Assembly: GCF_006345805.1 (NCBI RefSeq)
Contig: NC_043002.1
Span: forward strand, 44,764,001-44,828,000
Direction of reading: 5' to 3'
DNA length: 64,000 nucleotides
Origin: Octopus sinensis
Taxonomy: Eukaryota
The notes under the pieces were generated by a model. It was not told where the DNA came from. It did no database searches and saw only the letters and a list, made by a program, of their open reading frames with translations. Below are positions 29,751-42,856 of the stretch, piece by piece. Both the position numbers and the translations under genes were made by a program. Position 1 is the first letter of the stretch; each line of letters begins with the position of its first letter.

Positions 29751-30789
29751 AATAATATAATCGAAACATACTACTATATACGATGATCGTGTTTCTGAAA
29801 ACCATTTTTGCTGGATCTACATCTCAATGAAAGAACTGAAATGCAATTCACGTAAAGTAATCTTGAAATTTGTGAAGGTTTTACACCTTTTCTTATATTA
29901 TTAGACATTAATCTGCAATGAAACTTCTAAACTGTCCAATACTTCATATATTACTAAAGTAATTCTTCTCTGAAACATTGATATACGTTCCTGAATTAGG
30001 AAGAGTCAGTATATACTCAATAAAGGAATATATAGAGAAATTAAATACATCATCAATATCTTTTATGTGAGACTTTTTTAAGTCGGCTGCAAACGATAAT
30101 GATCAAATATAATCAAGTTATGACTATCATGTATTGTATTTTGAGCAGTAGAGTAACCTGCATTATCTTGTCGTATGTCTTTTTTAAACAGTTAATTGTA
30201 ATCCAGGTGGCAGTTTGACTGCTATTTCTAGAACGGGAGTGACGAAGACACTTTCCATGTTGAGTCATAGAATAAGTGTCTAACGAAGGTTAGATACTTC
30301 CTTTAGCTTATAGAATGTATACATATAAAAACGCACACATACAATTACGTGTATATCTGCATAAATATAAACATACATACAAATACATACACATATAGAC
30401 ACACAAACAAATATACAAATAAATATGTACGCAAATACATACCCACATGTATATAAACGAATATACACATATACATACACATATATATGTAAATATTTAC
30501 ATACACACACACGTACACACATATATATATATACACGTACACACATACATAAATATACATATATACTCATACCTAGAATACTGTCTGGTATATATAATAT
30601 TAAAATGTTAAAATAAAGAAATTGTACAATAAATTGATATAACATAATTAAATGCGTCAGTGAAGAATAAAAATAAACCTCGGCGAAGCTTAAGCTTAAA
30701 TTTGTAAAACAGTCGAAGGCTTTCTGAAAAGTGAAGTCGAAATATGCACTAGCATTATAATACAAAATAACTATAAGGTGTACAGTCAA

Positions 30790-31720
30790 ATTCATATGCG
30801 ACAGTCAAGATAATTTACCCAAACGGTATTTTATTTGTTAATATTTTAAACCTCACGGTGTGCAGAAATTTAAGAGCTCGCATCCCTGGTTCAAAGCATG
30901 TTTAACCTGGAACAGGATGAAGACCTTTTCTGATAGGCAAAGATTGCATTTCATAGGTCTTTTATAAGCTCTATGTCTGTATGATGATGCTTTGTCTAGA
31001 ATTTCCCAGGTCACATTGAAAGGACGAGTGTCATTCTCTTTCAATTCCAAGACATGCTTTGCAAGACTAGCTGCTGTCCGATTCTTGGGATATCGGAAAG
31101 AATTTCGATGGGAATAGAATCGAATACTGAATGAATTTTCCGAAGCTCCTGTGTATATTTATATTCTTGTGAGCCATCTAATTGCACTTTAGCTCTATAA
31201 ACAATTCCTTTTTCAAGACATTTACTTTCCAACGGACAGCAAGTCTTATCTTTGAAGTTGCGGTTCCTCAGATTAGATTCGCCACTGTAGTTGTTTGCAA
31301 CAATTTTCGTGTGATGCTGTTTAGTAAAAGAGGCGAAGTTTTTGAAACAAGAATAGCTAACCTTCAGTGTTCTCCTATTAAAAATTCTATAGAAAATATA
31401 GCTAGATTGAAAATATTTAGAAACTAAGAATTCCCTATCTATATTAGGTTTACGGCAATATTAAATGCGGGGTTAAACCGCAAAACTTTCCTAGTTATAG
31501 TTCTACGTGATCTATTATTGTTAGAATTAGCTTGACTATACTGGATCTTTTCCGAGAATCCACTTTTCCTTAAAGCATTATTGTAATACGGCGCAGCATT
31601 TTGAAATGCTGTTTCATATGAAGAAATTGATGATATTCGCCTTCCTACATAACTAACTAGGTTCTTAAGAATTACGGGTGGATGATTAGATTTTTTGCTA
31701 ATATAACATAGGTTTTGTAT
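30790..31720 (-). mobile_element. Penelope-like element 3' fragment (thumb + GIY-YIG; possibly Naiad-type)
   Basis: SNHPPVILKNL...YYNNALRKSGF; KCLEKGIVYRAKV; WEILDKASSY...KCNLCLSEK. Confidence 0.85.
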
Positions 31721-31778
31721 TATGTATGCATATATATGTATATATTCACACACACACACACACACGCACGCTACATAT

Positions 31779-31811
<33 letters not shown>

Positions 31812-31814
31812 GCA

Positions 31815-32880
31815 CAATGGATGTCAGAAATTCCAACGATAGTGCTCTCAGTTGTGAGAACATTCTGCCTCTAGTTTGCGTTTGAAATGACCGTCAAATC
31901 AATCCTTCTTCTGCATAGACATGTACATAATTTTAGCAATAATGTCCAGTCACTTGGAAAGGAAGTGTTATACGGATATAGTTTGAACAGCTTCTGATAA
32001 TATATGTGACATCTTCCACACTGGTATGGTACAATCGATATTTTCCATCACAACGTAGAGACATTCTTAGTTCCTTTGTTCATGAAATATTTGTAGCTCT
32101 CTGCTTTCCTCGATAGCAAAAGCGTAGCCTTCTAGGTGAAATGTAAGATATTTATCGCAAATCCAGGAGCTATTTCTGTCAATGTTCTTGTTACTCTCTT
32201 GCTTGCGGGATATGTACGCACACAACTTTCTGCTGGTATGATGAATATTTCATTTCCAAGCCTATAGAACACACGGAGACCCTGTTCAAGAGTTCTTTGG
32301 CTAATCTCATGAACAGTGTCGTCTTCAAGTATTGGCTAATAAGGAAGTTTCTGAGAGTTCTATAAGATTTGGGACCCAATTTTCAGTGACATGCATTACT
32401 TGTCAAGGGGCTAATAATGCTGCTGGGAATAGTCTGCTTGAGACAATATTTTGTGCATAGATATGATGTACTCAGCTGTTCAGTAGGTATTGTCTAAATG
32501 ACATGATGCGACTCTCAAAGCCTGACTCTACCCATCTTACGTCCCTGTCTTCACTCCTCCAGCTTATATAGAGTCTAACAGCGAATTGGTAATGCAGTAG
32601 TTGTTATTTGTTGTCAATATCTTTCTAGTTTTTATGAAAGTTAAATATTTCTTCAAGTGATCACTCCAAATATTCCTACTACTACTGACACTGTGAAAAC
32701 ATTGTGCGATATGGATTTAATCAATAAAAGCAATTCATTTTTTTTCGTACCTTCTGAAATTCGCTTAAGTATACTCTTGTCAATCTAGCTTTACTCACAG
32801 TATCAGCAGTATCAACATGTGCAATATTCTCACCAATTCCGAAGTATTTGTAGCATTCGTCACTGGCGACAAGGATGTAT
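31815..32880 (-). mobile_element. Decayed R4/Dong-like (RLE-type) LINE, RT-to-zinc-knuckle fragment
   Basis: Manual translation across frames: CYKYFGIGENI, KTRKILT, RLYISWRS...FESRIMSFRQYL, LEGYAFAIEE. Confidence 0.65.
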
Positions 32881-33166
32881 TTATGTATGTAAGTATGTAT
32901 GCATACACACACACACACACACACACAAACACACATGTATGTATGTATGAAATAAATATATTTATTTATTTACATATGTGCATATGTATATACACGCATA
33001 TACACATGCGCATATATTATGTATACATACATATGTGTGTCCGTCCGTATGTGTGTCTATCATGTATAGACTTATAAGTGTATATATATATACTTGTATA
33101 TACATACATGTATGTATGTATATATATATATATACATGTGTATACATATGTATGTATATATATATA

Positions 33167-33221
<55 letters not shown>

Positions 33222-33359
33222 ATATATATATACATAGATATGTATATGTATATGTATACAGATGTATATATATGTGTGTGTATGTGTATACATATGCGCA
33301 TATATGTATACGAAATTTATGGCTATTTTAGAAAAACCTTCCCTACTTCCCATATATAT

Positions 33360-33390
<31 letters not shown>

Positions 33391-33526
33391 CTATATATAT
33401 ATAATATATATATATATATATAACATAATCTATTCACGTAAGGCAGAATCTTGTATTCTACTCTTCCCAATATGAGAGACCACCGTAGCTAGTTTAAACA
33501 AGAAGAATATAAAATTAGCAAAATGT

Positions 33527-33569
<43 letters not shown>

Positions 33570-33636
33570 TAATAATAATAATAATAGTAATAATAATAAT
33601 AGTAATAATAATAATAATAATAATAATATAATAATA

Positions 33637-33668
<32 letters not shown>

Positions 33669-33720
33669 TAATAATAATATAATAATAATAATAATAACAA
33701 CAATATGAATATCAATAATA
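33527..33720. repeat. (AAT)n microsatellite
   Basis: Direct reading. Confidence 0.95.
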
Positions 33721-33875
33721 CTAATATTAATAGTAGTAATTCTCCTAGTTGCAACTGTAGAGTTAGATCCCAATGTCAGTTATTAGACCGATGTCTCACC
33801 CAGAACTTAATTTCTAAATGTACAATCATAACTATAACTGGTAACTTTATATATATAAGAAAGAAGAAAGCAAAG

Positions 33876-33914
33876 GACCGCTGATGAGGCCACAGGAGTG
33901 TGACGAAATACGAT
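33876..33914 (+). ncRNA. Degenerate minimal hammerhead-like motif
   Basis: GACCG-CTGATGA-G-GCCAC(AGGAGT)GTGAC-GAAA-TA-CGATT: intact CUGAUGA, GAAA and UA; one mismatch each in stems I and II. Confidence 0.45.
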
Positions 33915-34374
33915 TAAGATTAATGTAAAAAAAAATAACGCTGAAGCAAAGTAACACCAAATATATAGTGCGTGTGTCTTTATTGACTAAACTGGCAAAA
34001 TGACCATTTCTAAATACAAAAATATGTTTTTATAATCATTTTTCCTCTTTTAAGATTTGGGAACTGAAGGTAAGCGGAATTGAGTTTAGCCTTAAATGGG
34101 AAATAATAAAAAAAGCGCAGCCTTTAGAAATAGTAGGTACGAGTGTGAGCTGTGCTCTAAGGAAACATGGGATTTTTAAGCATAAAGACAAGAGCAACCT
34201 GATTAACAACAGATTAGACCTTAGGGTATCATGCGTACAAGTGTCTTCAAAATTATCGCTTTATAGGTATTGTGCTGGAACTGAATTGAAGGAAACTAAC
34301 TTTTGATATTTCTAGTGTTGGATCGAAATATTCTTACCCTCTAGTTTTATATATATATACAAAAATGGGACAAG

Positions 34375-34700
34375 AACGCAAAACATCCAGACAGTTAGGT
34401 GAAACAAAAAAAGGAAAACAAAATATCGAGACAGACGATACAAGAAAAGCAAGGACGGATCATTCGGAGTTTTCCATCCTCAGTCGTGTTCCAGATTAAC
34501 TTTGCAATTTCGGATGGTTATACTCGAGATTGGTCCAATCTGGCCAGCCCCAAGGAAAAATAAGCTAAGAGCATTACATTACTTGGAAGAAAGTAGCGAA
34601 TGTATACGAAACAAGGACGAAAAAAAAAACAGAAATGTTACACAAATATAAATAACAGGACATAACAACGGGTGTCTTTCGACTAAGGATGAATTAAATT
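34375..34700 (-). mobile_element. Probable PLE terminal segment; an inverted homolog lies at 36950-37205
   Basis: Approximate reverse-complement similarity, e.g. TGCAATTTCGGATGGTTATACTCGAGATTGGTCCAATCTGGCCAGCCC vs GGGCTGGCCAGATTGGAGCAATCTCGTGTATAACCAGCCGAAATTGCA. Confidence 0.55.
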
Positions 34701-34789
34701 AAGTTGGCGTGTGTGGAAATGAAGCCTTACGGCAGGCATGAGATTTAACAAGCATAGGAAGGAATATAGATGTTGCACGGACAGTAGTC

Positions 34790-35207
34790 CAACCAAGAAG
34801 GAGTGTTCAGGCCTGGCCGAACACCGTTTTCATTCGTTCGGGAGGTCGACGGTCGCCTGAATGAGGTTGGTCTTCAAGTGACAAGTGACCATTCATAAAG
34901 CGTCGAAACCACTCATAAACTTGTATCTTGCTCATGGCAGCCTCCTTGTAAGCTGTTTCAGGCATGACATCTGTTTCAGCTGCCATTTTCCCGGTAGAAA
35001 ACAGAATTTCACAGAAGCACGCTATTCTTTCGTTTCAGACATTGCAAAAGTCGACGAACAGGAGAGAAGCACTGCAGAATAAGGACGCAAGACGTGACAG
35101 TACGACCACACCGGACGACGCCAGGTCATCTAGCGGTGAAAGCCCGAACTACAACGGGCTTGTCCCACAGAGAACGTTTCCGGCTACTTTTGGGTACAAA
35201 TATATAC
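34790..35207 (-). mobile_element. Mariner 5' fragment (TIR + N-terminal HTH coding region)
   Basis: Frameshifted SVKFCFLPGK...KIQVYEWFRRFMNGHLSLEDQPHSGRPSTSRTNEN. Confidence 0.8.
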
Positions 35208-35411
35208 AAATATATAAATATTTTTTTTAAAGTTTTTACGATAAAATCAAAACAAGGCAAGTTAAAACAAATAGTTCAAGTCGATGATTTGTCCTTTTAA
35301 CTAGTATTTTTAGTATTTTAGTATTTCGAGGTTTCGAAGCCCTCCCTGAGAAAATTTTGTACATATATGTCTGTGTGTGTGTGTATTTTGTTTTCTGGAA
35401 ATTTGAAGTAT

Positions 35412-35477
<66 letters not shown>

Positions 35478-35598
35478 ATCACGTGACCGACCAGACCATC
35501 AGATGCTGTTACACATCGCTGGTCACAATGCGTTCGCATTGTTTTAGCCTTCGAATGACGCCACTACGCTGGCTAAGTGAGTAGGCCATATATATATA

Positions 35599-35859
35599 TT
35601 ACTGAGTTAGAAAACAAAGATATCTAATGGATACAAAATAATTTATAAATTAATAAACATTAACCAACAACGGTTTCATTTCTCAAATAAGATTAAAATT
35701 ACAAAGCAGATATAAAAATATACTTTCGCATTTTAAATACCTTATAAGGAAAACCGTCAGGGTTTTCAGAGGACAAAAAGGATTAAATTAGGATACTTTC
35801 GGAATATACAGAATATATAGTTTGTATCCATTAAATCTCTTTGTTTTCTAACTCAATAA
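35599..35859. repeat. Fold-back with 39-bp inverted arms
   Basis: TTACTGAGTTAGAAAACAAAGATATCTAATGGATACAAA vs TTTGTATCCATTAAATCTCTTTGTTTTCTAACTCAATAA (about 35/39 complementary). Confidence 0.8.
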
Positions 35860-36081
35860 TCATGTCTGGTATCTTACGATATTCTATGTAATATATCAAA
35901 CCAGTGTATCTTGGATAAATATCCCTATAAGAGGTTTGAATATCCCCGCAGCGCTTTCTTTCGTTTCTGATTTATCAAAAAGTGGTATAAAGTTAGATTT
36001 CTTGGCCTTTTATATATATATAAAAGATTGTTGGGGTTTGCCAAGCAAGGGAAAAGAAAGAAGAAAAAATTGAGAAGGAGG

Positions 36082-36525
36082 GGAGGTAAAGAGGCGTGGT
36101 TTTTGTATTGGTTTGGTCAGAGTTGTTTGTTTAGAATTCAATACTTAGTGACCATTTTGGATGGGGAAGAAAACAATTTTTGTACTTGAATTGGTCAAGG
36201 TTTTTAAGAGTGAAAAACCAGATGTTGTTTTGTTTTTTACTTTCTTCAGTAAAAATTATAATTGCATTTCCAGGTCTTGTTTCTTTACTCTTTTGTATTC
36301 TCTAATGTGGGAGAGGTAAAGAGCCGTGGTTTTTGTATTAGTGTGGTCAGATTTGTTTAATTAGGATTCAATAATTAGTGGTCTTTTGGGTAAGCAGAAA
36401 AGGAAGTTTTGTATTTGAAGTAGTCAACGTTTTTAATTGTAAAACCAGATGTTGTTTTTGACATTCCTCAGTAAAAATTATAATTGTCTTTTCAGGTCTT
36501 GTTTTTTATTATTTTATATTCATTA
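36082..36525. repeat. Diverged tandem duplication of a ~230-bp unit, probably a PLE 3' end
   Basis: GAGGTAAAGAGxCGTGGTTTTTGTATT...AAACCAGATGTTGTTTT...CAGTAAAAATTATAATTG...CAGGTCTTGTTT occurs twice. Confidence 0.75.
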
Positions 36526-36639
36526 AAGAATGGTTATATGGATGTTGTCAACTTTTTTTGATTGAAAGTCTTCTAGATGTTGTTTTTGATTTAGCCGTTT
36601 TTGAAAGAGTGATTTTTTAGTACTATGTACTCACACAGC

Positions 36640-36729
<90 letters not shown>

Positions 36730-37350
36730 ACACACACTCAGAAGCATATTTATGCACACATACACATAACACACATATATAAGTACACATTGTGATTTTT
36801 TAAAAATAATTCATATAATTAAAGACTTATCTCTGCGGCTAAATAAACTTGAAAAGTTTTCGTCATATAGAGGTCTTTCTCCCTGTGCCTGTGAAATCTT
36901 GTATCTCTGCCGTAGGGCTTTATTTCTACACACGCCAGTTTAATTTAATTGTCCTTAGTCGAAAGACATATGTTGTTATGCCCAGTTATTTGTATTTTTG
37001 TAAACATTCTCCATTTTTCTTACGACCTTGTTTTCGTTTACATTCGCTGCTTTCTTCCAAGGAATCTAATGATTTTAGCTTAGTTTTTCCTTCGGGCTGG
37101 CCAGATTGGAGCAATCTCGTGTATAACCAGCCGAAATTGCAAAGATACTCAGGAACTCGACTGAGTTTTGCGACTGATGTTTTGCATTCTTGTCCGATTT
37201 TGTATTATATATATATCGGCGTACGTACATTTTCGTCTCTTATATATAAGTGTATATATATATATAAGTATATATATATATTTATATATATATATATATA
37301 TATACATACATACATATATATACATACATGCATACATATATATATAGAAG

Positions 37351-39046
37351 ACTAGCATTATGACCCGTCGTTGCCGTGTCATAGTGCTAGTGCATGTATA
37401 TATGGGTATATATATATGTGTATATATTACATGTACTTCTATATATATACATCTACACATAAAATACAAAATACAAAGTTATATCTTCATATCGCTAGTG
37501 ATAACAATACTCAAAATATATTACAGACTGGAATTGTAGGCTCGTCTTTTGCAATTTCGATCAATTGAATCTTGTCCTCCCTCGTGTATAGAAGTGTGGC
37601 TACAATCCAGCCTACCTCTACTTCAGGGGTGATATTTTAAATTTTTATCCGGGACGTCCTACGTCCCAGATATAAAGGTAAAAATAACATATTTCCACTT
37701 TGCAAGGTTCGAGTCGAGTACTCCTTTGCACGCTCCGTTGACTCCAACCTTGCTTCTATTGTGGCGAATTTACCGCCTCTAGTTAGATATCTTTCATAGT
37801 CGCACCAAGACACTTTTCGATGGTGCTTTCCTCCAGGTGTTCAAATCTTTTTTTTTCTCCTCTATATTGTATACTTTATAGACAATAGTCTTTTCTTTAA
37901 TTTAATTTTTTATTTCGTTTGATGGTGTTATCCTAGATTCACCGTCTTTGTTGGTGATCAATCCGTATTTTTTCCGTTTTAATTTCAATGAGTTCGCGCC
38001 CGCCGACGGCTGCAGCGAAATTCCTTTTTGGACTTTCTTGTATCGAAGGCATTCTAACAAAAATGCTTCCGAGTAAACGGTGAAAATATTGTCAATTTCC
38101 CCAATTCAATTTTTAAACAACCAAAGCTCCTTCTCCCAAAGGGGGAGGGTTACAGTTTAAATTATTTAACAAATGCAACACAACAATGTTTCCTTTACCA
38201 GGAACCAACAAACGTGATAACAATAGTTAAACAGTAATAATAATAACGACAAACCTTACGATGAGTCAGAAAGCAGTAAGCAGTTGAAGCTTTAGTCCTT
38301 TATGTATAAGAAATAAACCAACAGCAGTATTCTGTAGGAGCGGCTGTTCGAGAAAACAGATATTACATACAGCCAAACTTCATAAAGATATTAATGCTAG
38401 CTAATTAGCAGATAATCTAATGTAAAAGCACAGCTCCATCTGGACTATTCCATTTCTGCACGCTAACTTTATTTTTTTAATTATTTCCATTCATGTGAAA
38501 CCACTTATTCAAGTTCAAGTCATTGATGCAATTTTATACCAATTGCTATTTTTACTTTTGTTATGTTACGATTATATTATACTTTAGTTTGATTTTAATT
38601 ATTACTTACTACATATAATTGAATTGTTATTATTATTCTTATCGTTAAAGTGAAAACATCTGACATAAAACAGAGAAATGTTTTTGTTTCACTTTTAACA
38701 CGTAATACTGAAATAGTGGAGAAGATATGATATTGCTATGGGCTCGCTCTAGGCAAGAAGTTGAACATTTTTTGCCCATGAAACTACATGGACCCTAAGT
38801 AAGGCATGTGTCAAATTTGAATGAAATTGGTTGCGTAGTTCTCAAGTTTTAGGGAATCGTAGTGGAGAAAATATGATATTGCTGTGGTCTCGCCCTAGGC
38901 AAAAAGTTAAAAATATGTTTTGCCAATAACACTACCCGGACCCTAAGTAAGGCATGTGTAAAATTTGAATGAAATCGGTTGTGTAGTTCTCAAGTTTTAG
39001 GGAAACACACAGACAGACAGACAGACACATTTTCAGTTTTATATAT
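37351..39046 (+). mobile_element. Helitron/Helentron-like non-autonomous element with a ~146-bp subterminal tandem duplication and an internal retroelement ORF1 fragment
   Basis: 5' ACTAGCATTATGACCCGTCG; 3' (ACAG)n...TTCAGTTTTATATA; duplicated units 38712-38856 and 38860-39004. Confidence 0.55.
37500..38065 (-). pseudogene. Decayed gag-like ORF1 fragment related to the element at 45079-46863
   Basis: TLQSGNMLFLPLYLGRRTSRIKI*NITPEVEVGWIVATL aligns by eye with PLEGKEILFLP*YCGRKLI*AWVCGLTPGTEADWIEDTI. Confidence 0.5.
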
Positions 39047-39053
39047 TATATAT

Positions 39054-39116
<63 letters not shown>

Positions 39117-39269
39117 GTGTGTGTGTGTGTGTAGAAGGTAGAAAAGTGACACACGAGTTAATATGTATAAGGAAAGTAAGACAAGGTAGAAAATGCTAAA
39201 ATAAATTTATCATGAATTACATTTTATTCCAGATTCCTGTCTTTTTAGACATTTTCATCTAAGAGTAGA

Positions 39270-40132
39270 AGAAAAATAATTAAATTTCAGAAAAAAACAT
39301 TAAGTAAAATGTTTTCCATATTCTTTGAAATATATTTACCAAAATTACATAAAAATGTCTTGAAATACTAAAGAGTACATTTATGCAATTGGCTTCAACC
39401 ACGAGGGCCAGAGGACTCCGCGATCTCCTGCAACTCTTCTGGACGGTCATCTTGTTTAAGTTGGTGAATGCCGCCATAATTCTTGCCATCAGCTCATCTA
39501 TGATGTTACAATGAATTTCGGTGGTCTCTCGTTCAACTGCGCCCCACACATAATAATCAAATGGGTTAAAATCTGGGGAGTTAGGTGGTCAGATGTTAAG
39601 GATGATGTGGTTGCAGAAATTATCTGAGAGCCATGACTTGATTCTCCTGCTTATGTGGCATGGTGCAGAGTCCTATTGACAGATATAGGGTCTTCCAGCA
39701 GTCACCCTCTAAACCCAGGGTGGCACTATATCCTCCAGGCATTTGATGTAGTCCTCTGTGTTGAGTCTGAGGCCATGTGGGGAAATGAATGTAGGCATAA
39801 CGTCACCATTACTAGTGTTCACTACAAACATCATGATGTTGACTGGATGCTTTGTTTTTCTCACTCTCGGTACATGTCCTCAGATTCTTCTATCTTCAGA
39901 TCTACACCGAAACACTCTGAAATGTTCGCATTGGAGCTCTCTGTTCGAATGCCAAGAAGTATAGCATGTCGTTTCCAAATTTCTGGCAGAGTTTATTACG
40001 TCATTGTTGTGTTTTATTCACTGACGGTGCCCAACTGAACACACTGTACTGTGTAGTGGACAAAATTCAAAACAATCATTGTGCCTGGGCCAAATTAAAA
40101 AAATAAAATGACGATAACTTTCTCATCGTACC

Positions 40133-40135
<3 letters not shown>
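39270..40135 (-). mobile_element. maT (DD37D) transposon, internally deleted and decayed
   Basis: KTKHPVNIMMF...; Q*DSAPCH...*PPNSPDFNPFDYYVWGAVERET with 37 residues between the second and third Asp. Confidence 0.85.
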
Positions 40136-40166
<31 letters not shown>

Positions 40167-40190
40167 ATATATATATAATATATAATATAT

Positions 40191-40281
<91 letters not shown>

Positions 40282-40431
40282 TATATATATATATATATGC
40301 ATATATAAATATATGATTTGACAATAATCTTACTCAAAATTTTATTGTACAAACTACTCCATATAGTTTTCTAATATCCACGGAGAATATATGACGTATA
40401 ATGCTAATACGTACTACAGTACTTATGCGTC

Positions 40432-40470
40432 TATTTCTCCTTTCCAACCAACATATACACCATATGTGTA

Positions 40471-40512
<42 letters not shown>

Positions 40513-40557
40513 GACACATACACATATGGTGTATATGTTGGTTGGAAAGGAGAAATA
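40432..40557. repeat. 126-bp near-perfect palindrome centred on (TA)n
   Basis: 47-bp arms (40432-40478 and 40511-40557) are exact reverse complements; the TA spacer has one mismatch. Confidence 0.95.
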
Positions 40558-40740
40558 TATATATATATATATATTATATATATACTAAATAAAGGATATA
40601 AATCCACTTAAAGGGTTGTCATCATCCAAGTTCCCCGGTTATATCCAGTGTACTAGTAAAACATCAAAGATGTTATTTTATTATTTATTATTTTTTGTGT
40701 ATAGAAAAAAAGAAAACGGAGAAGCAGATATATAGACATC

Positions 40741-42821
40741 AATTTATTAGAACATAATACAGTTCTGAGAAAAATCAAACTCAATTTCACTTACAGCTAT
40801 TTCCATGCTCAATTTAATTAATTTGAGAAATTGGATTGAATTAAAATAAATTAAAATTTCCATATTGAATTTCGCTAATTGGGTATTTAATCAAGGGAGG
40901 AATTTAATAGAGACGAGCTACATTCCAATGTGTTGTTTGCCCCCTTGACAGACTCATATATGTGAGTTTCAACAAGCACCGTATTTTAAAAAAACTGTTA
41001 TTTATATATATGTAAATACAAACTTGTTTAATGCATTTGTATGCGTGTGTGTGTAATGTGTTAAAATATATCCGTTAGCTTAAACGATATTTTGATCGAT
41101 TACTTTAAAATAGAATCTAAAAAACATTTTTCCTAAATTACACTATTAATTATGGTAGGTCGAAATGTCATTATAGTAATTAATCACTCAAGAAATTTAA
41201 CTATGTCACCTAGTTGCAATCTAGAACTTACAGTTAAACAAATTATTATTATTATTATTATTATTATTATTTGTTGCTGTTGTTGTTGATATCATTATTT
41301 ATTTTAAAGCTCTAATTACGTATATGCAATATTTACATTACATCTGTAAGTTAAAGTGTTGAAAGCTGCTAGTTGATGACCAATTAAAACTGATTACTAA
41401 TTACCATAGGTGAACATTACGTCATCAATAATTGTGCACAGTATATTTGTTTTCATAATAGTGTGAATAGATATACACGAGCTAAATTGAAGAAAGCATT
41501 AATGTCAACAAACCAATTTAGTTAAATTAATAAAATTTAAAAACTTTATTGAATCAATACGTAGAATCTTTAACTTAAGGTTATCAATTAATTTTTTGAA
41601 AAGATATTAATCAAATATTTTTAAGATATGTACTTCAATTAAGATACATTTAACCTTTATATAATAAAGTTACCTGTGAATAAAACTGTATTTTCATATT
41701 TACCATTTATTTTACATTTTAAGATTAATATATCTTCTAAGGGTTACTTAATTTTCATAGTTATAATTGTTAGTATATTAATCCTGAGATACTGCCTAAA
41801 TTTATAGTCCTCGTAACTTTTACATTGTATTTAATGCTAGTTTTTGAAAACATGTTCATGGACGTGAACACAGGATACCCCACCCTCCCTCCCTGTGTTA
41901 AAACATTTACGTTTAGGATTTTTAAGTTTTGGTATAATTCTTCTATGCAAAGAAGCAAAAGGTATTGCCAATTTTATAGGCGTTAGCCCAGCTTACTTAC
42001 TCCCACTCCACAGTAAACATTTTATTCTTGTCTTTTAGGTCCCAAATAAATTTACTAAAACTGGCATAAGAAGACTTATTTTTATTATCAAATCTATAAT
42101 TGTAATTAGTGATGCGAGTTTTGATGTAGTTTTGCATAGCATCGATGTAAAAGAGATTCTTACATTCAGGATTCACTTTACATCTATACGCTACGTTGTT
42201 TTTTAACATTAATTATTAAACAAGCTGCTATGTCTATCTTTGCAATCACAATATATATTTTCATTTCTATTCACATTACTATTAAGGTTTATATGATTAG
42301 ATTCAGTTTGATTATTATTTACAGCGTTACTTCTATTCTTCATGTTAAGATGGGATTTAAAGTGGGTTGTTTCCCCTTGTACATTAGAAGAATTATTTTA
42401 CATTTTTCACTAACATTATTATCTACAGTATTATTGTTGCATTTAAACGGTTAATTATTGTTATAAAAGTTTTATAATTTCTTGTCGTTAAGACCAGAAA
42501 TAACCCGTGGCATATTCATCGAAACAGAAAAATCATATCGAGAAAACTGACGTTAATTACACCATATCTATTTTCTTCGCTTGTATAAAGATCCAACTAA
42601 ATTATTCTTAATTAGTCAATGAAATGATGAGCCAAATAATATCATTCTTATCAGAAGGTACATAATAATTTTCAATTTTTTTAAGTCTTAGTATATTTAT
42701 ACAGGATGTGTCTTTTAATTCCATGATTCCTATTATTAATTTTATGAGCATTATCTGATGTACGATACAATACATTGGTTTTCATATTTTGCATATTATT
42801 TTTATCTACCTATAGGACGTT

Positions 42822-42856
<35 letters not shown>

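Noticed and set aside
35471-35486. Double E-box palindrome TCACGTGATCACGTGA
   Set aside because: It sits at the edge of what looks like a short interspersed repeat after (TA)n, with no evidence of a nearby promoter.
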